The notes under the pieces: model-generated | What the model was told of the DNA's origin: nothing | Database searches by the model: none | Seen by the model: only the letters and a program-made list of their open reading frames with translations | Assembly (NCBI GenBank): GCA_963829055.1 | Contig: CAWHHI010000011.1 | Coordinates: 480,001-544,000 of the forward strand | Direction: 5' to 3' | Source: an uncultured Gemmatimonadaceae bacterium | GTDB taxonomy: Bacteria > Gemmatimonadota > Gemmatimonadetes > Gemmatimonadales > Gemmatimonadaceae | Length of the DNA: 64,000 nucleotides | Shown here: in pieces, positions 45,800 through 55,825 of the stretch | Numbering within the stretch: position 1 is the stretch's first letter | Layout of the letters: each line of letters begins with the position of its first letter | Made by a program: the position numbers and the translations under genes

Positions 45800-47599
45800 A
45801 TGATCGCAGAGTCCTTCACCGCGACCATCGCACTCATCGGTATCGTCATTCTCGTCGCGTCGCTGCTGTCGGGCGCCGTCGAGCGGACTGGCATGCCGCA
45901 GGTCGCGATCTTTCTCCTCCTCGGCGCCGTACTCGGCCCGATCGGGCTGAACCTCTTCGACCTCGCCCTGGATTCGCCCGCGCTCCACGCGATCGCGACG
46001 CTCGCGCTCGTGCTGGTGCTGTTCAGTGACGCGATCTCCATCGACCTGCGAGAAGTCAAACGCAATTCCCGCCTCGCGCTGCTCGTGCTCGGACCGGGGT
46101 CGCTCATTCCAGCAGTGCTCATCGCCGTCGCGTCCCGGTACCTGCTCGGCCTCCACTGGGCGGCATCCGCGATCGTCGGCGCCGCACTCGCGTCAACCGA
46201 TCCCGTCCTGCTTCGCGGGCTGCTGCGCCGGCAGGACGTGCCTGCGCAGGCACGGCTCGCGCTGCGGCTCGAGAGCGGGATGAACGACGTGGTGCTGCTG
46301 CCCATCGTCGTGTTGAGCATGCTGTTCCTTCCTGGCCTGCCTGCTGGCGTGCATCCAAGCGCAGCCCGGCTCGCACTCGGGCTCCTCATCCTCGGACCGG
46401 GCGCAGGCGTGTTGGCCGGGCTGGTGGGCATCACGCTGCTGGATCGTATTCGCAAGAGCGTCGGCGTCCGACGAGACTACGAATCGCTGTACGCACTCGG
46501 CGTCGCGTTCACGGCGTTCGCCGCCGCCGAGGCGGCAGGTGGCAGCGGATTTCTCGCGGCGTTCGCGGCAGGAATCACCGTTGCTGCTCTCGACGTGGAG
46601 CTGTGTGACTGCTTCCTGGATTACGGCGAAGCAACGGCGGAAATGTTCCTGCTGCTCACGTTCGTGGCGTTCGGCGCGTCGCTGATCTGGCAGGGGCTCA
46701 GCATCGTGAGCTTGCGGAGCCTGACGTTCGCGTTCTTCGCGCTCATCATCCGCACCCTCGTGCTGTTCCCGGTGCTGAAGCGCGCCGGCCTGGATCGGCG
46801 GAGTCTGCGCATTGTGGCGTGGGTCGGCCCGCGTGGACTCAGCACGCTGTTGCTGGTCCTGCTCCCGGTGTTCGCCGGCATCCCAGATAGCGCACAATTG
46901 TTCACGATCTGCTGCCTCGTCGTGCTCCTGTCCGTGCTTCTGCACGGCAGCGCGATCGGCCTGATCGTGCGTCGGCCTCAGCCCGCGCCGGGCGCGGCCA
47001 TCAATCCTGCTTCCGCGTTAGGTGCATTGGCGCCGGGCGCGCCGCCACTGGCAGCGAAAGCCCCGACGCCAGCGCTCGAGGTTATCCCGCCACTCGCGAC
47101 AGAGGCGGCGCTCGCGGCAAAGCCGGCAACCGAGACACGGGATGCGGTCGCGGCGAAACCAGCGCTCGACGGAACACCGCAGGACACCGCCGCTGAGCAG
47201 GCCGAGCCGCCGATCCCCGAGAAGATCACCATCGACGAGATGCAGGCGATGCAGAGCGCCGGCGAGACGCCACTGGTGCTCGACGTTCGGACGCAACGCA
47301 CCTACGAAGCCGATCCGTTCATTGCGCGTGGCGCGGTGCGCTTACCGCCCTTGGATGCGGTGCGCCTCGCGACGGCGCACCGCATCCCGTGGAAGGCGAC
47401 GCTCGTCGCCTACTGTGCCTGAAAGAACGAAGAGACAAGCACCCGTGTGGTGCGAGAGCTGAGACGAGCCGGTTGGAAGCGAGCCCGCGCCCTCAAGGGC
47501 GGGTGGGCCGAGTGGCGTGCGCGCAACCTGCCGGTCGACCCGGCGGAGCCTAACGAGTTGGAGCCTCAGTCGCCCTCGGCGCGACCGAACATCAGGTGA
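45800..47599 (+). CDS. NhaP-type (CPA1) cation:proton antiporter fused to a C-terminal rhodanese domain; predicted Sec at TGA 47420-47422
   Basis: LFSDA, ASTDPV, ESGMND, GPRGLST; linker; LDVRTQRTY...ARGAVRL...VAYCA-TGA-KNEETSTRVVRELRRAGWKRARALKGGWAEWRARNLPVD, next stop at 47597-47599. Confidence 0.8.
47439..47453 (+). promoter_or_regulatory. Candidate bacterial SECIS apical hairpin
   Basis: GCACC-CGTGT-GGTGC; 5-nt loop starts 21 nt after the TGA, with G at loop position 2 followed by T. Confidence 0.5.
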
Positions 47600-49049
47600 A
47601 TCAATGGTCGGTCCTCCGTGCGGGCGAACACGTACACGTGGTCGCCCGCCGTGATCGTCGTGTCTCCCTTCGGCGGCACGACGTCCTGCCCGCGGACGAT
47701 CAATGCCACCGACGCACCGTCGGGAAACGGGAGATCGGCCAGGGACACGCCGGCGACGGCAAGCGCCTCGTCGACGTAGAACGACATCAGCTCGCCGTTG
47801 AGCGGCTGCATGGACTCGATCTCCAGCACCGCCGGCGGAGCAGGCGCTTCATTCGTGCCGAGGCCGAGTCGTCGCGTTACCCAGCCGACGGTCGTTCCCG
47901 GTACCAGCGCGTTGATGACGACGATGAAGAACACGACGTCGAAGATGCGCAGCGAGCCCGGCGCACCCGCCAGCACGGGGATCGTCGCGAGAATGATCGG
48001 CACGGCCCCGCGAAGTCCGACCCATCCGATGTACGCGACTTCCCGCGCGCGATACCCGAATGGGAGGAGACACAGCCAGACGACGAGAGGCCGCGCGACT
48101 ACGGCAAGAAACAGCGCGAGCGCGAGCCCAATGCCGGCGACGTCGAACAGCCGTGACGGAAACACCAGCAATCCGAGCACGAGGAACATCACCACTTGCC
48201 CGAGCCACGCGAGCGCGTGGTGTACGCGGAGCAACCCGGCGCGGTACGGCAGCGGGCCGTTGCCGAGAATCAGCCCCGTGACGTACACCGAGAGGAAGCC
48301 GCTGCCGTGCAGGATCGTCGGCACGCCGAACGCGAGGAATGCGATCGCCGAGCGTGAGCGCCGGATAGAGTCCTCCGCCCGGCAACTTGACGCGCCGCAA
48401 CAACGCACGACCGCCGTATCCGAACGCCACGCCAAGCGCGCCGCCGACGACCATCTCGACGACGAACTCGAGCGGCAGATTCCAGTACGATGCGTGACCG
48501 CCGCTCGCGAGTTGCGCGGTCAACGCGGTCGTCAGCATCACGGCGACGGGATCGTTGATGCCTGATTCGACCTCGAGCGTGACGCCGACGCGCCGCTTGA
48601 GGTGAAGGCCGCTTCCACGCAGAACGGAGAACACCGCGGCGGCGTCTGTGGACGACACGACCGCGCCAAGAACGAGCGCCTCCGTCCACGAGAAGCCGAG
48701 CACGTGGCCCGCCGAGCGCAATGAGCGCGGTGGTGCCTAACACACCGACCGTGGCCAGCACTCCCGCCGGCTTTGCCGTCTCGCGCACGGCATCCATCGG
48801 CGTGTGCAGACCGCCGTCGAACAGGATGAGCACGAGCGCGACGGTGCCGAGCCGGAACGCGACCGCGTAATTCTCGAACGCGATGCCGCCGATGCCCTCG
48901 GAGCCGGCGAGCACGCCGATGAGCAGGAATGCCAGGGCTACCGGGACCGCGAAGCGTTCCGCGGCCCGGCTGAAGATGATGCTCAGCGCCAGCAGGACGC
49001 CGAACGTCGTGAGGAGGAGCGCGGTCGCCAGCGGCTCGGTGCCAGTCAC
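47566..49049 (-). CDS. cvrA: K+/H+ antiporter NhaP2/CvrA-like with TrkA-C domain (frameshifts near 48712 and 48345)
   Basis: AGSEGIGGI, ILFDGG, SSTDAAAVFSVLR, ESGINDP, GSGFLSVY, WVGLRGAVPIILA, PKGDTTITAGDHV. Confidence 0.88.
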
Positions 49050-49097
49050 GCGCTACTCCTCACGATGGAGGGGTGAAGGAAAATTGCGGTCGTCAGG

Positions 49098-49340
49098 CTA
49101 CTCCGAATCGGAGTGCACGAGACGCCGCAGGCTCTCGCTGGCTGGCGATTGCCGCGACTGACGAAGCATGAGAACGAACCCGGCTGCGAAGATCACTCCC
49201 GATGCCACGAGCAACGGGATACGCAGCGCTTGCGGCACGAACAGCGCCGTCAGGACAGGGATGAAGGAACACGCCATGACGATCAGCCACCGCTCGGTCT
49301 TTGGCGACGCGGTGGGACCACGGTTGATATTCTCGGACAT
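49098..49340 (-). CDS. Small two-helix membrane protein, hypothetical
   Basis: GGAG RBS upstream of ATG; two hydrophobic segments. Confidence 0.55.
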   Translation of the reverse strand: MSENINRGPTASPKTERWLIVMACSFIPVLTALFVPQALRIPLLVASGVIFAAGFVLMLRQSRQSPASESLRRLVHSDSE

Positions 49341-49916
49341 ATACGGCTCCGCCCGCCGCGTGACACTCTGTCACGCAGCGGCTTTGTGGTTGTCAGTTGT
49401 TGTTGGGAGACGCGGTGGCGTGCGGCCGTGGACTCAGGCGCGCTACGCTATGTCCGAACGAGGCGGAGCAGTGGCGTCGTACGGTTTGCCATCGCCACAG
49501 CCGGCGCATGGGGAGCGGCGCGGTATCGGCGCGACCGACGCGCTCGGCAACGGCGACAGCTACTCGTCCACGCGAGCGATTCCAGCGGCGGACGGATTCG
49601 CGCCTCCGACATGCGCGACGGTTGGACTCCGCAGCGGCAGCACACCGCGCGCTCGTGATCCGAGCGACGGCGCCGCCGGATCGTAGACGCGCCGATGTCG
49701 GCATCACCGACGTGGTGCGCACGAAGCCCGACAATGAGCGGCGCCCTCGTCTGCTCGACGCCCGAGACACCACATGGTCGCGACCCGAAGGCCGCGACCA
49801 CGAGGATGCACAGGCGAAACAGCAGCGAAGAGAACAGGCGCGGGCTCCGGACAAAGGCGTGCCGAAAACTAATCGGCGACACCCGCGCCTGCCTAACTAC
49901 ACAGTGAGCGACAATG

Positions 49917-50861
49917 CTACGGCTTCACCGCCGATGGCAGCTGAACCATCGGCATCGCGTTGCCCGTTACCTGCGGCATTTGCCCGTTCCAGCGCTTCGC
50001 CATCTCGTACTGCACCAGATTCGCCGTCACACTCGCTGACAGGAGCAGATTCGCCTTGGCCTGCGCTTCGGCCTCCGCGAGAATCGCCTTCGCGCGACCC
50101 GCCGCCTTGATCGAATCGCCCTGCGCCTGGAACTGGTTCTTCTGCAGTTCGTTCTGCGCCGTGAGCGCCTGCTGTTGCATCACGTTCTTCGTGTTGATCG
50201 CGTCGATGACGCCCTGCGGCGCGCGCAGCTCGTTGATCGTGAACTGCTTGACGACGATCCCGTAGGGTGCGAGCCGGTCCGAGATCCGCCCCTGCGTCTT
50301 GTTCACCACCTCGGCCTTCTTCGGCCCGATGACGTCCGCGATCGGCTCGGTGCCCACGACCTCCTGAAGCGCCTGACGAATCGACTGCTTCACATACCCG
50401 TGCTGGATGGTCGCGATGTCCGTGCGGAACGTCTGGTAGAGCGCCGGCACACGCGTCGGGTCGAGCTCGAACGACATGGACACGTCGAGCGAGATCGGCT
50501 GCCCTTCCACGCTGTTGACGTTGATCTCGTCGTTGCCCCGTGAGCCCTCATTGTTCCCGCGCGTCAGCACGAGCGTCTGCATGTACACCGGGTACTCCTC
50601 GATCTGACTGAGGATGCGGGTTCCGCGGATGCAGCCCGGGCCGAGTGGCGTGCGATCCACGCCGCCGCCGGCGCGATGGATCAGGATGCCGACATGTCCA
50701 GGATTGATGTACGTGACCGTCGAGGGCAGGAGCACGAGCAGCAGAATGAGCGCGGCCGCGGTGAACAACAGCCGACCAATCTTCGTTCCGAAGCTGGACC
50801 CACGATCGCCGCGCATGCCACCACGAATGGTACCGAGGCGATCGCCGATTGAGCTCTCCAC
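49917..50861 (-). CDS. SPFH/prohibitin (band 7) family protein
   Basis: INPGHVGI, NSVEGQPISLDVS, AINTKN, AEAEAQAKAN, RWNGQMP; probable short compensated frameshift near 50620. Confidence 0.88.
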   Translation of the reverse strand: MESSIGDRLGTIRGGMRGDRGSSFGTKIGRLLFTAAALILLLVLLPSTVTYINPGHVGILIHRAGGGVDRTPLGPGCIRGTRILSQIEEYPVYMQTLVLTRGNNEGSRGNDEINVNSVEGQPISLDVSMSFELDPTRVPALYQTFRTDIATIQHGYVKQSIRQALQEVVGTEPIADVIGPKKAEVVNKTQGRISDRLAPYGIVVKQFTINELRAPQGVIDAINTKNVMQQQALTAQNELQKNQFQAQGDSIKAAGRAKAILAEAEAQAKANLLLSASVTANLVQYEMAKRWNGQMPQVTGNAMPMVQLPSAVKP

Positions 50862-51010
50862 CGTTATCTCCTTGACCGGCCGGGGCCGACGTTAGGCCGC
50901 CGGCCGCATCATCCTGGGTGACGGTTCCAGACTTCCCGCGGACGCGGCGTCTGTCCCGTTAGGTGTACTACGAACTTCTAACGCAACTGTTTCTTCCAAC
51001 CGATCCGCAA

Positions 51011-51271
51011 TCAGACGTGCCCATCGATCGCTTCACGGTAACACTCCGGGCACATCACCTCGCCCGATTCGAGCCGCACCATCTCCCGCTCCTCGTGCGC
51101 GCCATGCAGCGCGCACGTTAGGCTCACCGCGCGTTCGATCTGCTTGCGATTGCGCGATTGCTCGAGCACTCGTCCCGGCGCGGTGTAGTGACGCACGACG
51201 AAGACGACGAGCGTCACCGCCACCACGAGCAACGCCACGAACATCACGCCTTCGATGATGATCGCGTTCAT
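51011..51271 (-). CDS. Small membrane-anchored protein with CxxH...CxxC motif
   Basis: N-terminal TM helix; CALH and CPEC; 4-bp overlap with the flotillin gene. Confidence 0.7.
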   Translation of the reverse strand: MNAIIIEGVMFVALLVVAVTLVVFVVRHYTAPGRVLEQSRNRKQIERAVSLTCALHGAHEEREMVRLESGEVMCPECYREAIDGHV

Positions 51272-52605
51272 CGCTTGGTCGAAGGGGACATCACCGGGGA
51301 GAGCGACGACACCGGCGAGCTCACCGGCGAATTGACCGGCGCTGTGCCATTGCCGTCGAGCAATCCTGCCTTACCCACGAGCTGCGCCGCGAGCACCGTC
51401 TGGATCACGCTCGTGATGCTGTTCGTCGTGGACTCGGCCGCGCTGTCGCCACCGTTCGAGATCGTGATGAGCTTCGCCTGCGCCAACGCGTCCGCGATCG
51501 CGGGGCCGAGCTGCGGCAGGAGCTCGATCTGCTTGTACCGGAAGTAGCTCTCGCCACCGGCGGCAATCGCCTCGTTCACCTTGTGGATCGCCTCGGCCGT
51601 CGCGTCCGCGACCGTGCGAATCCGGATCGCCTCGGCGTCCGCCGACGCGACCGCTTCAATGCGCACGCGTTCTGCATCGGCTTTCGCCTGCGCGATCTGC
51701 GTCGCATCGAGCTCCGATGTACGCTGCAACGCGAGCGCATCCTGCTTCTTGGCTTCCGCCTGCGCGATGAGCGCGGCGTTCGACGCACGCGTCTGCTCGA
51801 GCTCACGCTGCTTGTCGGAGATGGCGCGCTCGGCATCGAGCTGCGCTTCCTTCGCGCGGCGCATCTGCTGCGCCGTCGCGATCTCGGCGTTCGCCTGCGC
51901 TTCGACGGCGCTCTGACGACGACGCGCTTCCGCGACTTCGCTCTGAACGACCTTGATGTTCAGCGAGTTGAAGACGAGCCCGAGATCCGTGAGCTCGCGC
52001 GAGCACGCCTTGCGGATGATCACCGCGAGCGGATCGTCTTCGTCCTCCATGCGTCGCTGTGAGCCGTCAGCGTCGTGGCGTTCCGTGCGCACGACAGCGA
52101 CTGACGCTGCCGCTTCGAGCAGCGCGCGCGGTGTCGGCGCCGTGCGCGCCGAGTACAGCTGATCGTGCGTGAGCAGGTTGATCGCTCGACGGCCGGAGCT
52201 CGACAACAGATCGGTCAGCGTGTTCAGCTGGTCTGCGTCGCTCTTACTGAAGAAGCGGTTCGCCGCCGTCTTGATCATCGTGTCGCTGTCGCCGACGGAC
52301 ACGATGGCGCTCGCGAGCACGCGCACCTTGATCGGACGCGGGACATCGCTGTCATCGATGTCTGCTGTCTGATCAGTGATGTCGAGATCGACGTTGATGA
52401 CTTTGCTCGAGATCGTCGTTCCCGTCGTGAGCAACGGAATTTCCTTGGACTTCCCGGGACCGCGATAGATCACGGATCCGCCGTGAAGCCAGCTCACGAT
52501 GCGAATGGTGCCTGCTTCGACGTTGCGCAGGAACGACGCAACGATGCCAGGGATGACTATGAAGACTCCAACGAGGATCGCGCCTATCAGGTAGATGTTC
52601 ATCAT
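51268..52605 (-). CDS. Flotillin-like SPFH protein
   Basis: N-terminal TM, SPFH core (IKTAANRF, LGLVFNSLNIK), AEA-rich coiled coil. Confidence 0.8.
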   Translation of the reverse strand: MMNIYLIGAILVGVFIVIPGIVASFLRNVEAGTIRIVSWLHGGSVIYRGPGKSKEIPLLTTGTTISSKVINVDLDITDQTADIDDSDVPRPIKVRVLASAIVSVGDSDTMIKTAANRFFSKSDADQLNTLTDLLSSSGRRAINLLTHDQLYSARTAPTPRALLEAAASVAVVRTERHDADGSQRRMEDEDDPLAVIIRKACSRELTDLGLVFNSLNIKVVQSEVAEARRRQSAVEAQANAEIATAQQMRRAKEAQLDAERAISDKQRELEQTRASNAALIAQAEAKKQDALALQRTSELDATQIAQAKADAERVRIEAVASADAEAIRIRTVADATAEAIHKVNEAIAAGGESYFRYKQIELLPQLGPAIADALAQAKLITISNGGDSAAESTTNSITSVIQTVLAAQLVGKAGLLDGNGTAPVNSPVSSPVSSLSPVMSPSTKR

Positions 52606-52700
52606 AAAAGTTTGGTTCCCTTGGCTTAGTAGTCGCTCGGCGCCGCGTCGTTGCGCTTGGAGCGAGACGGTGACCCTAGGTCTCCGACGCGCTCGGCGTG

Positions 52701-53378
52701 CTACGCGCCGAGATATGTGACTGTGCAGCGATTGCGCGTGTCGTCGACTGCCTCGATGCGCAGGCGATCGCCCGCTCGCACCTTCCGCGCAGTCGCTCGT
52801 TCCGCAGGATTCAGCGTCGCCAGGAGCTGCACCACCTGACCGTCGAGCTCGACGGCGACGAGGCCGTGGCCGTTCGCATCGAAGCTCGTGACCGCGCGCG
52901 CCTCGTCCGTCACGACACTCTCGAGTGTGACAGCCGGGGACGAGGCGAAGCGGAACAGGAATCGCCAGAGCGGCGCGACGAGCAGCCACTCGAACGCCAC
53001 GCCGGCGCCTAACGCGGCAATCAGCAGAGCGGGCTCGGCGAGCACCGGACGCAGCAGCAGACCTGCCGCACCGAATCCGACGAGCATGCTGAACGCGACG
53101 CGTGGCTGCAGGAGAGAAAGGACGCGCGAGGCACCGGAGGCACGCGCGCTTCCTGCGCGGCCGGTCGATGCGACCACGTGGGCCGCGCCTCCATGATCAT
53201 GACCGGCATGACCGCTGTGCCCGGGGCCGCCATGACCGTGGCTGCCGTGACCGTGCCCATGAGCGTGCCCGTGAGCGGCATGCCCGTGACCTGCGTGCGT
53301 CGAGTGTGCGAAACCGCTCAACGCCATGACGCCGAGACCAACACTCCCGAGCGTCAGGCCGAACGTGTAGGGGTCCAT
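52701..53378 (-). CDS. NfeD/YqiJ-like membrane protein with His-rich loop
   Basis: TM helices, His/Gly-rich segment, C-terminal OB-fold-like GLVAVELDGQVVQLLA...GDRLRIEAVD; upstream of flotillin. Confidence 0.75.
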   Translation of the reverse strand: MDPYTFGLTLGSVGLGVMALSGFAHSTHAGHGHAAHGHAHGHGHGSHGHGGPGHSGHAGHDHGGAAHVVASTGRAGSARASGASRVLSLLQPRVAFSMLVGFGAAGLLLRPVLAEPALLIAALGAGVAFEWLLVAPLWRFLFRFASSPAVTLESVVTDEARAVTSFDANGHGLVAVELDGQVVQLLATLNPAERATARKVRAGDRLRIEAVDDTRNRCTVTYLGA

Positions 53379-53472
53379 GGTTTGTAGTGAGCGCCCCAAA
53401 GCGAAAAGGGAGTGAGCCACACCGCGGAAGGCGGTGACCGCATCACTCCCAATCGATAGGCGCGCACACAAT

Positions 53473-53531
53473 AAGTATACGTGTACTTCCGCCGCGTCGT
53501 TTCGCAGCCTCGCCAATCGTAATAATTACAA
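53473..53531. promoter_or_regulatory. Two AT-rich palindromic operator-like sites upstream of the NfeD/flotillin operon
   Basis: AAGTATAC|GTGTACTT (53473-53488) and GTAAT-A-ATTAC (53519-53529). Confidence 0.45.
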
Positions 53532-53562
53532 CGACTTAGACGATGATGAAGGGGCTTGCGCC

Positions 53563-54457
53563 TTATTTGCCGAGCTCGTGTCGGAGGGCCCCGGCGAGCT
53601 CCGGGTAGTCGAAATGGAATCGCGAGTCGAGCAGCCGCTGAGGGAGAACGCGCTGCCCCGAGAGCAACGTCTCTTCGCCCATCTCCGCCGAACATGAGCT
53701 TCACCGCAAACTCGGGAACCGTCGCGAGCGCAGGCCGGTGAAGCACCTCGCCGAGTGTGTGTGAGAACTGCGCGTTGGTCGCGGGATTGGGTGCGGTGAC
53801 GTTTACCGGACCGGTGATTGCGTCCGTCTCCATGAGAAAGACGAGCGCGCGCAGAAGATCGTGCATACCGATCCAGCTCATCCACTGATCGCCTCTGCCG
53901 ATCTTCCCTCCGCCCCCAAGGTTGAACAACGGCAGCAGCTTGGCGAGAACGCCGCCGTCGGGGTGCATAACGAGTCCGAGACGCGGGTACACGAGACGCA
54001 CGCCGGCATCGCGAGCCGGCGTCGCGGCATTCTCCCATTGCTGGACGACGTCGGCGAGAAAGCCGCGGCCGGGCGCGCTGCTCTCGTCGAGCGCATCGCT
54101 ACCGCGCGATCCGTAGATGCCGATCGCCGAAGTGCTGAGGAAGACGCGTGGCGGCGTTCTGACGGCAGCCATCGTCTTCGCGAGGATCTCTGTGCTCCGC
54201 AGTCGGCTCGTGAGGATCGCGCGCTTGTGCTCCTGCGTCCACCGTTGCGCGACGTTCTCGCCCACCAGGTTCACGACGACGTCAGCGCCATCGAGCGCGG
54301 CGGGGTCGAGGCGACCTGCGTTCAGATCCCACTGGAAATCCACGCCGCGGCTGGACGCTCGGCCAATGCGCCGTAGCTCATGTCCTGCTTTTGTCAGGTG
54401 ACGGGCGAACGCGGTGCCCAGAAAACCCGATGCTCCTGCGATCGCGACGGTAGTCAC
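53563..54457 (-). CDS. TIGR01777/YfcH-family NAD-dependent oxidoreductase (frameshift near 53685)
   Basis: GASGFLG, VVNLVGE, SAIGIYG, QWMSWI, GPVNVTAPNP; tail LLSGQRVLPQRL after the shift. Confidence 0.9.
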
Positions 54458-54466
54458 AGTGGTTTC

Positions 54467-55168
54467 TTACGCTTGGAGCTCGAGGCTCCGCCAGAGGTAC
54501 CAGGAGGCGACGGTGCGATACGGCGCCCACACTGCTCCGATCTTGCTGACTCGCACAGGAAGGGGGCGTTTGCGTAGTCGATACGCGAGCTGAATCGCCT
54601 TCTGAATTCCGAGATCGAGCTCCGGAAGTACGTCCGGTCGCCCGAGCCGGAACATGAGGAACATCTGTGCCGTCCAGCGACCGACGCCCTTCACCTGAAC
54701 GAGTACATTGATCACGTCATCGTCGGACAGCTCGTGCAGTGCCTCGATGGGAAGCTCGTTCGCCGCGACGCGCGCTGCGAGATCCTTCAGGTAGGAGAGC
54801 TTCTGCCGAGACAATCCGGCGCCTCGCAGATGGTCATCGGGCGTGATCGCCAGCTCGTCAGGCAGCGGCGCTCGACCGCCGTACAGATCCAGGACGCGGC
54901 CGTGGATCGTCGCCGCCGCCTTGCCTGAAAGCTGCTGGTAGATGATGGACCGACACACGGCGTCGAAGTGCGTGCCGGCGGTCGCGCGAACCAGGCGAAA
55001 CGGACCGACACGGCGAATGACGTCGCCGAGCACTGGATCGGCGGCGGTGAGGTAGGCGATCGCGCGGCGAGGCGTGCGCGGAAGCGTCGGCGGCGTGGAC
55101 AACCGAGGAGCAGGAATGGCAGAGGCCCGTTGATGAAAAACGATGGGTCCTGCCGTCGGCAGGCCCAC
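54467..55168 (-). CDS. DNA-3-methyladenine glycosylase II (AlkA/HhH-GPD family); start may lie near 55102
   Basis: IIYQQLSGKAAATI, AGLSRQK, VKGVGRWTAQMFLMFRLGRPDV, WAPYRTVASWYLW. Confidence 0.9.
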   Translation of the reverse strand: MGLPTAGPIVFHQRASAIPAPRLSTPPTLPRTPRRAIAYLTAADPVLGDVIRRVGPFRLVRATAGTHFDAVCRSIIYQQLSGKAAATIHGRVLDLYGGRAPLPDELAITPDDHLRGAGLSRQKLSYLKDLAARVAANELPIEALHELSDDDVINVLVQVKGVGRWTAQMFLMFRLGRPDVLPELDLGIQKAIQLAYRLRKRPLPVRVSKIGAVWAPYRTVASWYLWRSLELQA

Positions 55169-55242
55169 CGCATAACGATCTCACGTGCAGGCGACGGTCA
55201 CCAGTCTCGCTCACTCGCGAACGCGGCGGCGACCGCCAGATC

Positions 55243-55491
55243 CTACTTCCCGCGTTGCCGATCGTGCGCGAGCCGATTCTTCTCGCTCTGCAAGTCGGCG
55301 TCGTCGTGCTGTTGCCGATCTTCGTGAATCTTGTGGCGACCCAATTCGGCCCCGCTCGCGTTCGGCTCGCCTTCGTCCGCCTGGTCTCCGCCACTCTGGA
55401 GCTGCTCGAGATTCCTTTGACGCGCCTTGTCGCCGTATTCGCCCTCGGCATGCCGCTGAGCGCCCGGCTGATTGTTGCTCTGATCTTTCAT
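55243..55491 (-). CDS. Small hydrophilic hypothetical protein
   Basis: GGAGG RBS upstream of ATG; typical codon usage; acidic, Gln/His-rich. Confidence 0.6.
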   Translation of the reverse strand: MKDQSNNQPGAQRHAEGEYGDKARQRNLEQLQSGGDQADEGEPNASGAELGRHKIHEDRQQHDDADLQSEKNRLAHDRQRGK

Positions 55492-55825
55492 GGACACCTC
55501 CGGCTTACAACCGGAGGGGCAAGCGACATGCCGACCGCCTGCCGCGTGCTCAGATGTCGCCGCGCGATGACGTCGTCATCACGAGCACGATACGATCGGC
55601 CGACGATCCAGGGAACGCGTAGACGTCGTTCGCGCCGGGAACCTGGCGGGAGCCGCGAGCCGAGCGGGTCGTGCGCCCGGCTGGAATCGGTACGGCGGCA
55701 AACCGGGACCGGATTGCCCCGCATGGCGGCCATGGATTGGCGTATCGTTCGAGCGTTGCGACGAGTAGCGGAATCCTGGACCCAATCGCGGTGTATCAAC
55801 CGCGGTGTACCAAACGCGGTGTATC

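Noticed and set aside
163..54457. More than 25 apparent frameshifts suggesting mass pseudogenisation or programmed frameshifting
   Set aside because: They are 1-bp shifts spread evenly over unrelated genes with intact motifs on both sides and no decay by in-frame stops; long-read indel error is the simpler explanation
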